This document shows positions 11,801 through 25,803 of a stretch of DNA of 64,000 nucleotides, piece by piece (position 1 is the first letter of the stretch; each line of letters begins with the position of its first letter). The translations under genes and the position numbers were made by a program. The stretch is from Phoronis australis (lineage: Eukaryota; Animalia; Phoronida). Location: positions 312,913 through 376,912 of the forward strand of contig NMRA01000047.1 in NCBI GenBank assembly GCA_002633005.1. The letters are read 5' to 3'. The notes under the pieces were generated by a model. The model was given only the letters and a program-made list of their open reading frames with translations. It was not told the origin of the DNA and did no database searches.

Positions 11801-14800
11801 AATAAATGTGGAGGATTATGGGAATGTTGCGGGCAAAAACTCCTTCATATCTCCACACGATTCACCAAATACATTTGAATCTCAAGATATCTCTTGTCGT
11901 TCTATGCAAATCCAGGTTTCACTATCATCAGACATTGATAGCAATGACCTATCAAACTCTATTGTTGAATCAGATGCCTCAGCAGCGTCAGAGGCCTCTG
12001 CAGCGAAGGCCGCCACTGAGTCCAGGGTCTCCAGTGAGTCGGGGGCCTCTTTTGAGTCCCTTTGCGAAGATGAAGCTACATCTCCTTTTGCCAGACCAGC
12101 CAAACAGTCCTCTAAGTCAGCTAAACAGGAGCCCAGTGGTGGTTTATACAGACTTGTGGAGAGGAGTGGTCACTGTGATTTGTCACTGGGATCTGATGAT
12201 GAGTTTGTTAGTCGTAATGAGAAGATGGGATCGGTGTTGGTATCATGTGGTGAAGATGAACTTACAGGCTCTGACAAGAAAACTAAGGCCAAAGGTCACG
12301 AAGTGGTCTTGAAAACTGAGGTCAAAAGTACGGAGGTAGTCTTGGGGAGCTCTGAGGATGATGAGGACTTTGTCACGGTCGCAGAAACATTGGATGACTT
12401 GGCTGAGAAGAAAAGTATTACTCAGTCTAACTGTCAGGTCAACTTTGAGTCGACTGGGAAGGCAATAAAAGATAGTGAATGGTACAACTTATCATCAGAT
12501 AGCGAGCAGGAGTTGCCAAGTTTGGATGAGGAGGCCTTACAACACCATCGAGTGAAGCCACGGAGATTCACCAAAACTGGGTATTAAAGCATCAATGCTA
12601 TACTAGTTGTCTTTAGTTTAACTGTGTTTCGGAAAAGCTGTTTGAAATGGACAAAACAAGTTTTATTTTTCACTTGATATATGTACGCCTGTATATTTTG
12701 AAACTTGTATGGTATTGGTGCAGTGCGATGGGAGGAATGGCTGAAGATTCAAAAGAACTCGCTATTTTTTTAGCCAATTTGTCCTTTATACATGGAGTCC
12801 TCAAAGCTTGTTCTTAATCATGTCGCATATTCTGCCATCTTTGACAAACACTTTGCATTTATATTCACATCTGTGTTATCATCTAATACATGAGAATATT
12901 TTTCTCTAAATTCTTTTACAGAAAGCAAACTCCGCACTCTGCTAAGAAGGCATTTGATGATTCTGATTCTAGTGATGATGATTTTGAAAGCTGTAAGTAG
13001 TTTCTTCATGAGTTATGATAAATTTTCTACACCAGGGTTCTCTTTCGTGTTATCAAAAACTATCTCCAAATCTATCAAGGTGTCCATTCTTTCTTAAAAT
13101 ATATTTCTCTGTGGTATCTTGCTGTTTAAAAATATTCGCAAAATAAACAGATGGTAAAGTGCCCCCAATCTTTGGCAGTATATGTGATAATTTACTGAAT
13201 CAAAATTGAATTTGTTGATGAATATGCATCATTTACTCCAAAAAGAACATTCGTTATTGTTTCACAATTATCGTTGAAGCAAAGTTTAAAAACATCTTCT
13301 TAAAAATTTCAAATAAATTCACAATATAGAAACAAAAATGTCAAAGTTTCTGGGGCTTGTTTACAATATGTACATTAAGCAGAGAACTCCTATACGCCTA
13401 TTTTATAAAGATATGAATTTGTACATAATATTCTGTGAACTAGTTGGGACTGAAACCATCTTGGTTTAACATCTAGAGAAAAATTAAGACTTAATTACTA
13501 AAAATGATTTTACCCCAATTTCATAGTCTGTGAAAATATACACACTAGCAAGTTGCTCAGATGTTTTTCATGAATTATTTCTAAACTGTGGTACCAACTA
13601 CACGGCAAAAACTTTATTTGTAATTGTGAAGTCAGAAAACAAGCCCAGGGAAAGGTTACTTTCTCTGATAACGTGGACTGTATTCAAATGCCTACTGACA
13701 GTGGTATTCTACTGTACACACAGAATGATTCATGACCACACAGATCAGTTTGTTCAGGCTCTGAAATCCATTTAAATATTACAGCATTCACCTGTTTACT
13801 TAAACACAAATCAAATTTGGGTCTGAGGCTCTATTAAACACTCCATAGTACAATATGTGGTGTCCTTTCTCTTAAATAGTTCTCACGATGATGAAAACTC
13901 CAGCAAAACAGAAGAAACCTGCAAGCAATGAAAGGTAGGGGTAATGAAACAGAGCTAATGTAGTTCGATTATGAACTTAAAGATTGATACCACGTGCCTT
14001 CAACCACGTCATCAGTTTCAGATGACTGATCCAGTGTGTCGTGTTTTGTCAGTGATGTGGACAAGACTAGCTGGAAACATTTACGGTCATTACGTCTCTG
14101 TGCAACGAATTCCTACCGTGAGACTCAACAGTTGAGAAACCGACAAAACTGAGACGACTCAAGTGGAGGGATTTCAAAAGTTGTTGAGAAGGGTCGACCT
14201 AATACGTCATTGGCTTTTTGAAAGTCATATACATATGTCCTCATTGTCTTGAAATCTGATGCACTGTTTCTCTGTGACCTTGTTTTCTCACTTATTTTGT
14301 TTTCTTGTTTTGGCATAAAATTCTTGTGTAATAGAAATTCTGTTTACGGACAAACTCACAGAAGTGCAGTGAGTTGGCACCTTTAGAACAAAACGTGATT
14401 GATGTTGATAGCATTACTGGTGGTGAGTGACAAATTTTTTGTGATGGTAAGAAGTCACTCATTATCCAAAGGGTATTTGTTTCCTTAGTGGAAAGGCCAT
14501 ACACACTTTGCAACTGGTGGTCAACTTTCCAGCAAGTAAACATGTTTGCATTTTTCCGTTACAGTCTGGAAGATTTTCTCGTCTCTGACTCAGATGTAGA
14601 GCAAGACGACAGTGTTTTTTACCTCAGCACGTCCAATCAGCTGTCGAAGTAAGTGTCTGAAATGAGGGATACTGCTGTGCTGTGCTGTACTGCACCTTTC
14701 AAAATGAAATTGCATTATTATTTCAAAAACTGCTGTTGAAATTTGTAGTTCACACTGTGTGGCATAGGCGAACAATTGACATTCTGAATAATCAGGTGGT

Positions 14801-17800
14801 GGTAGTAATTCCATGGTCACTTCTCTTAATGCCAACCGTCATCCTCTAAACCCCAGTCCTGTTCCAGCAAACACCAAACTTGCAGCGCAAATCCCAGACC
14901 TGCGTACTTTAACTACATACGTGCGCGTACCTAAAATGCTCCATACTCGGTGACCAAACTGTACAGGTGGATCAAGCTCCATTCTCAGGGACAAGATTTA
15001 AGGGGCTGTAGCTGTGGAATCTTTTCCACCCCTGATAATGCCTTCTGTGTTATTTTGCTTGAAAGTGAAGTTATTTCTTTCTCGTAATAATATTTTTATA
15101 GATCAAGCCTTCTATTCTTTATGAACTTGTTCGTTTTAATGTGTTAATTATTATACTTTAGACTTGTTGTTACATTTTGAAATTAAACAAAACTTCACTA
15201 AGTTGAAGTTTGTTTGTAATTCTGCGTAGGAATATTAACATAATAGAGGTTACATGCCTACGTCATAGGTTTCCCTCCCATGCTGGTGAGATGTTTGAGT
15301 TGGGATACCGGTATGTATTTTGGGGGCGGTGTAGAGCTGTTAATTTTGATCTGATGCATGAAACCTTATTAAGCGTTTTTCTACGCAGAACTATCTTTAT
15401 GATGTTACATTCATACACGAAAGTGTGTCCAAGTACAGGTGTCTGTTTTGTGCTATGTAGGCAGTTTATACAGTTTTTTAAAACAGCTTTGTTTCCACTA
15501 CTGTCAATTCTTTTAGGGTTAATGAAACTGTACCACTATCCCAACGTGTTGGTGGATCACTCACTATTCTCAAGTCAAAGGGTGATATTAAGCCAAGACT
15601 GCCTCCCAAATCTAAGTGTGAGTAATTGTGTCTTAATAGCCTGGTCCATAGCTTACCTGCCCGTGCCATCAAATATGTTTTAGACCATGTTCCACATTTC
15701 AAAAAAGGGAATCTGAAACAGCTGGTATAGTCTAGACATTTGTGTGGAAAAACTGAGAAAATAATCATTTGTTGTACAAACTAAATGTTATAAGTTACTG
15801 TTTTGTGCGAAACACAATACTTGAAAAGTGAAAACTTTCCTCTAAAATGTATGGAAGTTGAAGATACAATGAGTGGAAACTCTTGAGTTGGAGGCGGACC
15901 TGGGCCTGTCAGCGAATATCCATCATAAACTGAAAACTGTTGTTGGACAATATCATTAGCTGTCGATTGTGAAGTATAAAAAAATACCCGTGATTGTAAT
16001 GTAAAAAAAGTCAGCGACACGGCATGTTAAAAAGAAATTTAGTTTGAAGGTCTTTGTTGATACAAATCTTGACATCCTGTGCCATTTATTATGTCTTGTA
16101 GCCATTGGTGTTCTTAAGACTGTCGTCAACCCCAAACCTCACCCTGAGCCAAGTATCCGCTCTGCCAAACATTCGTCAGCCTCCGCATTTCAGTATAGCT
16201 TCATAAAGTCTCTGTCAACCAATATCCCCGAGGACAAATGTCATCTAGAGGCCAGAAGGTAAACCAGAACACTGAGTGTTTTGATTTTGTTCACTCTTTG
16301 TTTGCACACTAAGCAGTCGCACAAAATTTATTTTATATTATACTATCGGTAGGTGAATTGCACAAAGGTTGTGCTTTGATATAAGTGTAACCTGCCTTGC
16401 TTTTATTTTTGTAAGTTTTCAATTACACCTTTTTATTTTGATTGCAGATTTGTCAAGTCATTTAGTGTTTACAGAGAAGAGCTGACCAACAAGTTATTCA
16501 AGCTCTACAATGAGACAGTATTTGACAACCAAGTATGATCATTACCTGTTTGTTTTTGTCTGAAATAGTGGCTTGCTAAGTAACCTGTTTTTGTCTGAAA
16601 TAGTGGCTTGCTAAGTAACCTATTTCACCATCTTCAGTGGCTCAGTGGGAACTATGCTCACCAGGTGGTGTTAATGATGAAATATGCTTCTTTTTACTTC
16701 TAAATATTAGAGAGCAAAAAGCAGATCATCAACACAGGGACGTTCTTATAATGAGGACTCCATGTGATTTATCTGATTGCAGGCTTTGCAATGGATAGTA
16801 CCCTTTCTGCACTAGCACTACCTTTTGAATTTATAGTCACCCATTCTGTAACTGTGGTTCTTGATCACTGTCTTCATAATTTTCTATTCCCGTATCGTTG
16901 AAGTTGGACAATACTGCGTAACTGACCACTGTGCTCCTTTACTGGACGTTTGGAAGTTTTCTGTGTCTGATTTTTCATTTCTCTTTGATGCAACGAAACA
17001 TACAGATACATAACCATGATAATAAGCTTGACAAACTTAATTGAAAACACGACTGTACTTTTTTGTTGGAAAGCTTGATATTCACTCACTCATACTCTCG
17101 GTGTGGCATTTACTTGCTTTGCACACCGGAAGATCGGAAATCGTACAAAGTGTGAACGAGAGTACATCAAGCTGTCCAACAGAAAGTACAGTCAAGTTTG
17201 TGTTGATGAATTGCTGCTACCCAAAATACTGATACATAAACATTGATAATTTCCAAACATCTGTCTTTGCTTTAGATGAACAGTTGAAGACTTAGTAGAA
17301 GCCTGTGCTTAAGGAACCTAATGATGTTTTGAATGATTTAAGCAAAGTATTACACAGCCAACATTTTAGCAGATGTGACTTAGTTACATTAGTTTGCCAA
17401 AAAAAATTGTCAAATTTCATCAAAATTCATGTATTTCAATCAAAGTTATGGTGAAAATGGATGCAAATTAAACTACATTTAGTTAACTGGACACATGCCC
17501 AATAATTTTTTGCTGTTTTGTTGCGTGTTACAAGTTTTTATCATTTTTGAAATACATTATGTCTATGGTCGTTTTAAAAATTTCTGGTCGTCGTTGAAGA
17601 GACCACTCCTGCATGCTGTATCTAGTCATTTTGATTTGTTACACCATGTTTTTAACGTAGCTCAACTCACAACTTGAAGTGAAGTGGAACAAACGTCTGC
17701 TCAAAACTGCTGGCTACTGTGCCTACAAAAGAGACAGAAGTGGGTTGTATACAGCCAGGATAGAACTATCGGATAAAGTTTGCGACTCGGCAGGTAGTCA

Positions 17801-20498
17801 CCTTCTTCTCAAAGAGTTTGTATTTTTAACATTAAAAGTGTATTCCCAGAATTTTTTTTTTTAATTACATACAAGTTCCAAATGTTTTCAAAACATAAGG
17901 TCATCTCTCTCTGTCTCTCTGTTACTGACATTCTGGTGATGAGTGTACAAATGTGAGATGAGCTTCTGATGTCATTACCGGGACATGACATTCACAGAAT
18001 TTGGGAAAACAAAACAACTGACAGACAAACGCTGAAATGTTGAAATCCTCCAGCAACCAATTACAGATACAACCCGAATGCCACATACAATAGCTCACAT
18101 CGTCTGCTTGGGTTGGTTTCTGGGAGTGATGTCATGGAAGGATTTAGGTCCCCTTTACACTGTTTAAAGAGGTTCATCTTTCAGGGATATGACTTCCCAA
18201 GTCATAATTTTTAGTGTGAACTTGAGAGTACACAATGCTGAAAAGTGCTTTTTAAATACAAACGTTATTCGCACTCTTGCGCTGTTGCATGACACGTCGT
18301 GGTGTGTATATTGCAGTTTGTATATTGCAGAAAGAGTTCGCGATACTTTGATACACGAGATGTGTCATGCTGCAGTCTGGTTGATAAATGGAGCAAAAGA
18401 TGGCCATGGACCCTTGTGGAAATATTGGTACGTACAGTTCTCTCACCAATAAGTATCCACATCAAGAAAGTCTCAAAAGTGGGGAACAAAAATCACTAAA
18501 AATTGGAGATTTACATTAAACCAGTTGCTCACATACTGGTTGATTAGTTGAAGACACCTCAGGAGCTATGCAAGCATCAGTAGATAACTGGAGGAACGTG
18601 AGCAGAGAAATTGCACGCAGTTTTGGAGCGAGATTTCACAGATTTCTGGCATTACGAAATATTTGAAACTACCCCATTTGTCACTCTCATAATTGCTTAA
18701 ATTTTACAAGTGACAATTGACCAATTTCTGGCGAGATGAGATTTCAAAAGCTCGCGTATATGTCAGTTTCATAGTTTCCATGGTTACTTTTGCAGGGCTA
18801 AGAGGAGTACTGTAGCTCATCCAGACCTGCCAGATATCAAAAGGTGTCACAGTTATGACATCACTACCAAGTACACGTATAGGTGCACAAAGTGCTCCTA
18901 TCAGTAAGTGACACGAGATGAGAAAAATTGCATCAATCCAAGTGGGGTATCAACAATAAGACGGACTTCAAGTAACATCTTTTAAGTCAAGCCAACCAGT
19001 TTTTTGGATGCAGCCATCTGGTTTTGGGATACTGGTAAAACCCGTTTTGAGGTCCGAGCACCAAGTAAGAACACCGGTCATAGTTTTGCGGTCCAGTCAG
19101 CCGGTTTTGAAGTCCGACCAATTGTTGATTCTCCCCCTTGTTATCATTGGAGTTAAGTTCTTAAAAGGCAAGCAGCTCCCTGTCATGTTACCTTTACTGA
19201 AAATACAGGTCCCTGGTTTGTGTCTGTTGGTTTTTCTCTGGTGTTTGTGTGTTATCGACTGGAGCAGACTGTGCTTTTCATGCCCATCTCTCAACTTTTT
19301 TAAGTCTAGGTACTTTCCAATTTTTACCGGGTAGAAAAATGCAGGGATATTCCTGGACCGTGCCTTTGCGCCATTAGCGCATAAAAAATATAAAGGCGCA
19401 AGTACATTGCAGCAGTGCGCCCCCGGGCACATCTTTTAAAAAAAATTACTCTTCTAAAAATGCAAGATTCTAGTCAACTTACAGCCAGTCAGGTAAAACA
19501 TGGCTGTTATTTCGATTGCCCCTTGGGTTTCTGTTTCATGTGTTACCACTTTAATTACACTAAGTCTGCTGGCCACAACTTTTTGAAATAAGGCACACTT
19601 TTTATCATCAGGTGCACCCCAAAAGGCACAGGTTCAAACTTGGTCAGGAATATCCCTGGAAATGTATTTCCTTTAAAATATGCAAAACAAACAATTTGAG
19701 GATAATTGTAAACTTGCAAATGCACCAATCACTGGCCTCACTGTTATATAACATGACCTCATTTTTCATGCACACATGTGCATGTACTTTTTCTGATTGT
19801 ATCTGTATACCTGAGCAGCTGTGTTAGTTTTGTTGTTCTCCTGGTTTTGAAAATGGAAATTAATTTTGTAAAAAAACAACAGCTTGGTACGCCTCAGAAG
19901 GTCCTATTTTTGATAGCCCTAATGCTTCAGTTGTTTACTTGGACAATTGTCTTCCAGTAGCAAGCAATTCTGTCGTTCAATTCAAACATCATTTAAGGGG
20001 CTTTCATGATTTTATCATAGTATCAGTAATAATCACTTACAAGGGTCCTGAAGTTTGAGAACCAGTTTTATCCACTGGAATAGCGTGCATCAAACTGGTT
20101 CTCAAAATCCGTAATCCCTGTAAATGCTGTTGTATCAAGCCATCAGCTTCGGGAATATTTTGAAGAAGATAAACTGGACAGTGCTTCTGAAAATGAGCTC
20201 ACTGCTTCTTTTGCACGATGTAATTGTTTTTGAAACTTTCTGTAGGTTTGGTCGCCACTCCAAGTCTCTGGATACTTCCAAGAAAGTGTGTGGTTACTGT
20301 CGTGGCACTTTTGAGCTCCTCGTCGCCAAGAAAGATGGCACCTTGACAACACCTCGCAAAGCCCCTGCAACACCAAACAGGTTTGCGCTGTTTGTCAAAG
20401 AACATTATGGGTCGGTGAAGAATTCCGGCAAAGGACTAACACACAAAGACGTCATGGCGGTACTCAGTGATAAATTTGCACTGGCTAAAATTAGTTGA
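8880..20498 (+). CDS. GCNA: Germ cell nuclear acidic protein GCNA/ACRC (SprT-like metalloprotease), about 938 aa, 14 coding exons
   Basis: Phase-consistent GT-AG exons: 8880-8981, 10377-10446, 10665-10726, 11142-12580, 12922-12992, 13880-13934, 14565-14648, 15517-15617, 16102-16258, 16448-16532, 17661-17793, 18331-18427, 18796-18903, 20246-20498 (2817 nt). Long Ser/Asp/Glu-rich disordered region, then LFKLYNETVFDNQ-LEVKWNKRLLKTAG-ARIELSDKVCDSAERVRDTLIHEMCHAAVW-DGHGPLWKYW (SprT HExxH), RCHSYDITTKYTYRCTKC...RHSKSLDTSKKVCGYC zinc ribbon, and NRFALFVKEHYGSVK...HKDVMAVLS HMG-like end, which is the known GCNA architecture. Confidence 0.93.
16543..16621. repeat. Two-copy ~35-bp tandem duplication in a GCNA intron
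   Basis: tgtttttgtctgaaatagtggcttgctaagtaacct occurs twice in tandem. Confidence 0.75.
19342..19658. mobile_element. hAT-like MITE in the last GCNA intron
   Basis: 14-bp terminal inverted repeats CAGGGATATTCCTG / CAGGAATATCCCTG; flanks aaaatg and gaaatg are a possible TSD with one mismatch. Confidence 0.6.
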
Positions 20499-22225
20499 TC
20501 ATAAAGATGTAATTGCTTCCACAGCCAACCGACCCAATTTGCAAACATATGATTCAGAATTTTCCAAAAGGTGGCTGCGGAATGATCTGCATTCCATCTT
20601 TATCAAATTCCTTAAGTTTGGATTAATATAAAAAAATATAATGACCAGTTGTAACCATTGCAAAAGTGATTAGGTGCAAAGTGTATTGATGAAAGAAAAT
20701 AACTATTTACACCTTGATGCTGTATTTTATTATCACTGCCTACAGTCATTGAGCAATCCGTTTTCGAGGCAAGATTTCAGAATTGTTGTAGAATTGTGGC
20801 TGTGTCATTGTAATCCTTAGTGAATGAAGCTTTATGGTTAGTCCACAAGTTGTTTTATGGCAACTGTGAATACAATGTGTTCTTTTGTTGAATGCTCTTT
20901 ATTCCATAAAAAATGCTTTAAAAAAAACCTGAAGTTTTATTTCACACGACTTCTCGCATACTTCTATTCAGGACTCAGGGGCACGTAATCTGGTGGAACT
21001 GGTCAAAGCCAGGCTCTCATGACAGCTTTGAATGGTTTGAACAGAGCAGATTCAAAAACAGTCCAGTCTTCTATAGACACTCACAGGGAATATGGATAAA
21101 TGAATTGATATAAATAATATGAATCTTTTGGCCTGAAAAATATCAATTTATACACCCATAAAAGTTCACAAGATTTATCTAGTGTTCCAGGGGTACATGC
21201 ATTTGCAAATGGGATTTGCTCCTACGGTGTTTCATTAGATGTTAATTAAAGCAACAAATGAATCTTGGTACATCTGTTTTGTTTAAATTGTTAATCGTTT
21301 GTGTTTCCTACATCGGGATGTAGCTACTTTTCCCTACATTTGGGACATCATCCATAAGCTATTATCATTGGGTATACTGGAATGACTTCACAGGTTCTGC
21401 CAGGTCAACAGACTATGATATCTGATGACAACTTCCTACTTAAACCGGTTAGTATTGGCCAATTGATTGGGAAGGAACCAGCAATTTGAAAGTAAATCAA
21501 GTGAAGTCATTGTGTGCTCATCTTATGTAATAAGGCGCTGAATATGTCCAAGCCAGTATCATTTTACTGATGATTTATTTTTTTTCTTGCATGATCATTG
21601 AAAGCCCGGATGCCCTTTATAACTTCTGGGACAGGAACAGTTAACCCAAAGCTAAGCTTTAGCTTCAGTTTGGCAATGAAACCGAACCACTTCATAAGGG
21701 ATCAGTGAATTTAAAAACATATTTTTTACAAAAATGAATTGAACATGTAAGTTTGTTCTTTAAACCGTTTAAAACAGGGCACCAAGTGTTATCTTATATA
21801 ACTTAAGCCCATTTCAACTAACAGATCCGTTGGGGACGAGCGGTAACGGGGAAACGTTGGCCAAAAACACGTCCCACAATGTCCATGTGTTTCTTACTCG
21901 GATTGCACAAGCTTTCAGTTTTTGCCTCGTTTTTGATTGATAACTTGGTGTAACAGAGACGGTTAGGTCGGATAGAAAGCGTTTCTACTTGAACTATTCA
22001 ACTACGTTACGTAATGCCGACTTGACCTGTGATTTTGCGGCGGGTAATATAAGTTCATTTGATGAATAACTTTTGATATTTGTTAACGTTTTTTTTTTGT
22101 AGAAGGTACGAAAACGTAATTGTGTGCTGAAAACTGTCGGGGCCAAAACTTGTGAACCGTTTAAACACTAATCTGCCGCAAGCAGGCGGTAGATAGTGTT
22201 CTATGTAAAATAAGTCATTTATGTG

Positions 22226-22461
22226 CATGCGCGCACCCAACCTAAAAATTTGGTGGGGCTCGTACTTTTGAGAATGCCAGTGGACCCTGTACTAAAAAAC
22301 CGGGTACCTTTCAAAGCTATGAATTGTGCATTCGCCGAAATGTCTCGTGTTCTACTTTTTCGGACTTTTCGTTTCTCTGAGGCAGACCTCTTTGCCCACT
22401 TCTCCGAATGGGGGCTCATTTGAGCCCCCGACCCCCCCCCCCCCTCCTGGGTGCGCGCATG
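22226..22461. mobile_element. MITE with CATGCGCGCACCCA termini and a poly-C tract
   Basis: TIR catgcgcgcaccca / tgggtgcgcgcatg. The internal sequence matches 37185-37446 in opposite orientation. Confidence 0.7.
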
Positions 22462-23053
22462 GTTTGTCAAGACTAAAATCTAATCGTGAACCATGTTTTG
22501 CGTCAAATTTTTGGGTGGTTGACGTAACAGCATGTGCTCTATTTAAGCAAATTCACGAACCTACAGAGTCTATCCTGTTGAAGACTGAAACTTCTGACGT
22601 AACTGAATTCTTAAGTCCATTGTTTATTTAAAAGTTCATAAAAGTCTGCTTTGTGTCATACTTGCATCGATCTTAGCTCTTATAACAAAACTGCTCTTAC
22701 TCCCGGTGGTGTACACTCTCTCGCTATAGTTTTGTTAATCCGAACTCAGCGTGAAAATCCCCGTTTGGGTCACAGTAGTAATGTTTGGCATGCTATGGTC
22801 ACATGTTAGGGGAATCGTTATTTAGAAATATATGTACAAATACATTATTCAAATCATTGTTACTGTACAGCCTTTGCCCTGACGGTCTGTGGAAGGGGAA
22901 CCCGATTTCGTGGCCCCCGACAAGTAAGTAGATTTTCAGTTTCGTGGCTAATTCACATAAATAATTACGTGCACATTATTTCTTTGACTCACTATTATAG
23001 TCTTTTTGTGACTGGAGGTTTAGTTTCCAAATCAAGCTGGTTTGTGTTCGTGC

Positions 23054-23165
23054 CAGTCCCGGCAGCTGCGACGGGCCTAATCGGGTTCCGAGCCTCTGGC
23101 CGGGATAACGAGTCAGTCCCGCCGCGACGGGCCTGATCGGGTTCCGAGCCACTGGCCGGGATAAC
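23054..23165. repeat. GC-rich two-copy ~55-bp tandem repeat
   Basis: cagtcccg...gcgacgggcct(a/g)atcgggttccgagcc(t/a)ctggccgggataac occurs twice. Confidence 0.7.
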
Positions 23166-24597
23166 AAGCGTTTTGTACGTTTAGAACTCAAAAAATCAAA
23201 AGTCTGAACAACACAGATCTAGGTATTCCTGTCTGTTTTTCACGAAAGAATACTTCGAATTTATCTCCGAACAGACCCCAAACTCCTGCTACGGACCTTG
23301 GTAACTTGGCCTGCCGAACTTTGTAGGCTACGGTGTGTCCAAATACCAATAAATCCGTAAGAGCGAAATAAAACAACACGTTTTTACAAGAACTCGATGT
23401 ACTTTTAAGGGTTTTAAGCTGACACCAGTAACACGGGTTGTGAAATGCTGAACAGAGTGCGTGTGAAACCAACGACGTCATTGGATAATTTCAACACCTC
23501 CGTCTGCCGTCAGGTAACGCAACCGAACGTGTCGTTATCGAGTAGAACTACTCGATCTAAATTTATACAAAATATGTTTTTGGGTGGCATTCTCCTTTAA
23601 ACTCATTGTTTTTTGCTCGACAACCTTGCTTTGCATCAGGGCTTGGAATTTTCCTATTTTTTGTTTCAATTTCCGCTTGTTCGATTAACAATTTCCTCTC
23701 CTTGGTATCTTTTTATCACTTTTTTTACTTTATTCATGCAAAAACGTTTATTTCAGTTGAATTTCACGACACAAAATTTATTTCTATCACCCAAGCCTAT
23801 TTATTTGTGAAGCGATAAATAGCCTTTAAATTTTTCCTCCTTTTTTGTCCTTGGTCATTCCAAGCCCTGTTGTATCCCCCAAGCGTGAATTTGGGTCTCC
23901 GTAATCGCCACCCACCAGAGTGGTGTTGACGCAAGAATCTTGCTAATGTCATAGTGTACACGTGCTTCACTTGTAATACATGGCGATTACTGCGAAGTCG
24001 GTGCGAGTTTTTGCTTTTCGCAACTAAGTATATGCAGAACGCACGCAATGTATTCCCAGGAATTTCAGTCAAATGTAAAGAGTACGTCAAATTAAGTAGT
24101 TGACCCAAAACAATTAAATTGTTACTGTGTGTAAATGGAGAAGTGAATGTTTTTACAGGTGACTTTATTTGACAATCACACCTTTAATGCACATCGAAAT
24201 CTTAATCGTGAAGTTACACGTTTTAAAACTAATAGTACATTCTTAAACTATGATAGCCGGTAACAACCGAAAGGGTCTCCTATTTCTTTAAAAAATATAA
24301 TTTCAAACTTAATAAGGGTAAACAAAAACAATATCAATTTGATTGACATTGTAATACTTGGTCTAATCACACTGGAACGCATCAAAGTAAACGTACTAGA
24401 CGTACTATTTACTTGAAACCAACTTTACATCAACTATAACAAGCCTATTTTAGGAGAAATTAACTACATTTCAGAGAAACTACCACCATAATCTGAGAAA
24501 TTTTACCATAATGCTTGGTGAGCAAGTCATAACTAAGTGAAAAGCGCTTAATATATTTCTAGCTCATTCCCCATTGTATTATCTTGCTTCCACCATT

Positions 24598-25803
24598 TCA
24601 CTTTTTACTACCGCTTTCCAGGGCCATCGGTTCCTCTTGCTCGATTGCCAGCGAGCGCCCACTTTCGGGTAGGGCAGCAATTGCCGGGGCGGAGAAGGTC
24701 AAGACACCATCTGGCGAGAGAGACGACTTCAGCGCACTCTCGTCCATTCCCCGTGGGAGCAACACGTTCTGACGGGACTCGCGGAAGCTATGCTCGTCCT
24801 CGTGTTTTGCGTGCACTTTGAGATGATGGTTGTCAACTTTAACCGCAATTTCGTCAGGTTTGTAGGCAGACAAATCCATCCTCAACTTGACTTGATCGCC
24901 CTCTTGTTGGAAACCTCGAGGGAAGCTGCCAAAGATGTCTTGGTTGCCAAAGAAACCTTCGGCGAGGTCTTGCTGGCGTGGAGCAGTTTTCAGCGGAGCC
25001 TGAATGATCAACTGACCGTGTCGGTTCAGGCTAGTGGTCACGTTTTCAGGGTCAACATTCTCTGGTAAGGCGACCTATTACAACAGTTAATTGTAGAAGT
25101 GAAAGATGTTTACTTAACTAGTGGAGTAATGCTATGTCAAAGATGCAATGGGTCAACAGTAGTCAACAAAATGCAAGTTTGACTGACAATTTCACTATAT
25201 CTTTACTTTGCATTTGTCTGCAATAATTGTTTAAAATGCTCTGAATTCTGGTCAAGTATTTATTTCATTATAACATTGTTACATATATAATTTGCTAGTA
25301 ATAGTCTCTCTTGAGAATACATGTTCTTATGTCTAACAGAAAAGCGCGTGCGTTGCGCCAGCAGTTTACTCTTCCTCCTGGTTTTCAAATCAAAATAAAC
25401 ATCTCCGAGTCAAAATCGTACACACAGGCATCTCATTTTAATATCATGTTCATCAGAGTCCTTAATCTTAAAGAACCATGCTTTCACAAATTCGAAAAAC
25501 TTCGAAACGAATGCTACAATCATAACCGTATTTTACCTTTCTTCGTCTCTCCATTTTCTCTATGTTGTCACCATCTTTAAACTCGTGCTTGCCGTATACA
25601 ATCACGTTGTTTCCTTCCATTTTCACATTGACGTCTTCGCTGTTAAATCCGCGCATATCCACGGCCTGCGACCATCTTTCCTCCTCTGGTTGACGGCGCC
25701 GATGACCTCGACCCCTACTCCACTGAAACCACGGATCAACGGGCCACGAAGGCCACAAGTCATCGTTGTCGAACTCGCGAGGCCAAAGTCGGAGGATTGA
25801 CAT
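24598..25803 (-). CDS. Small heat-shock protein (HSP20/alpha-crystallin family) with two tandem alpha-crystallin domains, about 247 aa
   Basis: Exons 25803-25537 (donor aag|gtaaaa) and 25074-24598 (acceptor taatag|), phase 0. Domain 1: VDMRGFNSEDVNVKMEGNNVIVYGKHE...VALPENVDPENVTTSLNRHGQLIIQAP. Domain 2: MDLSAYKPDEIAVKVDNHHLKVHAKHE...VLLPRGMDESALKSSLSPDGVLTFSAP, followed by an IxI-like RSLAIE. Confidence 0.92.
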
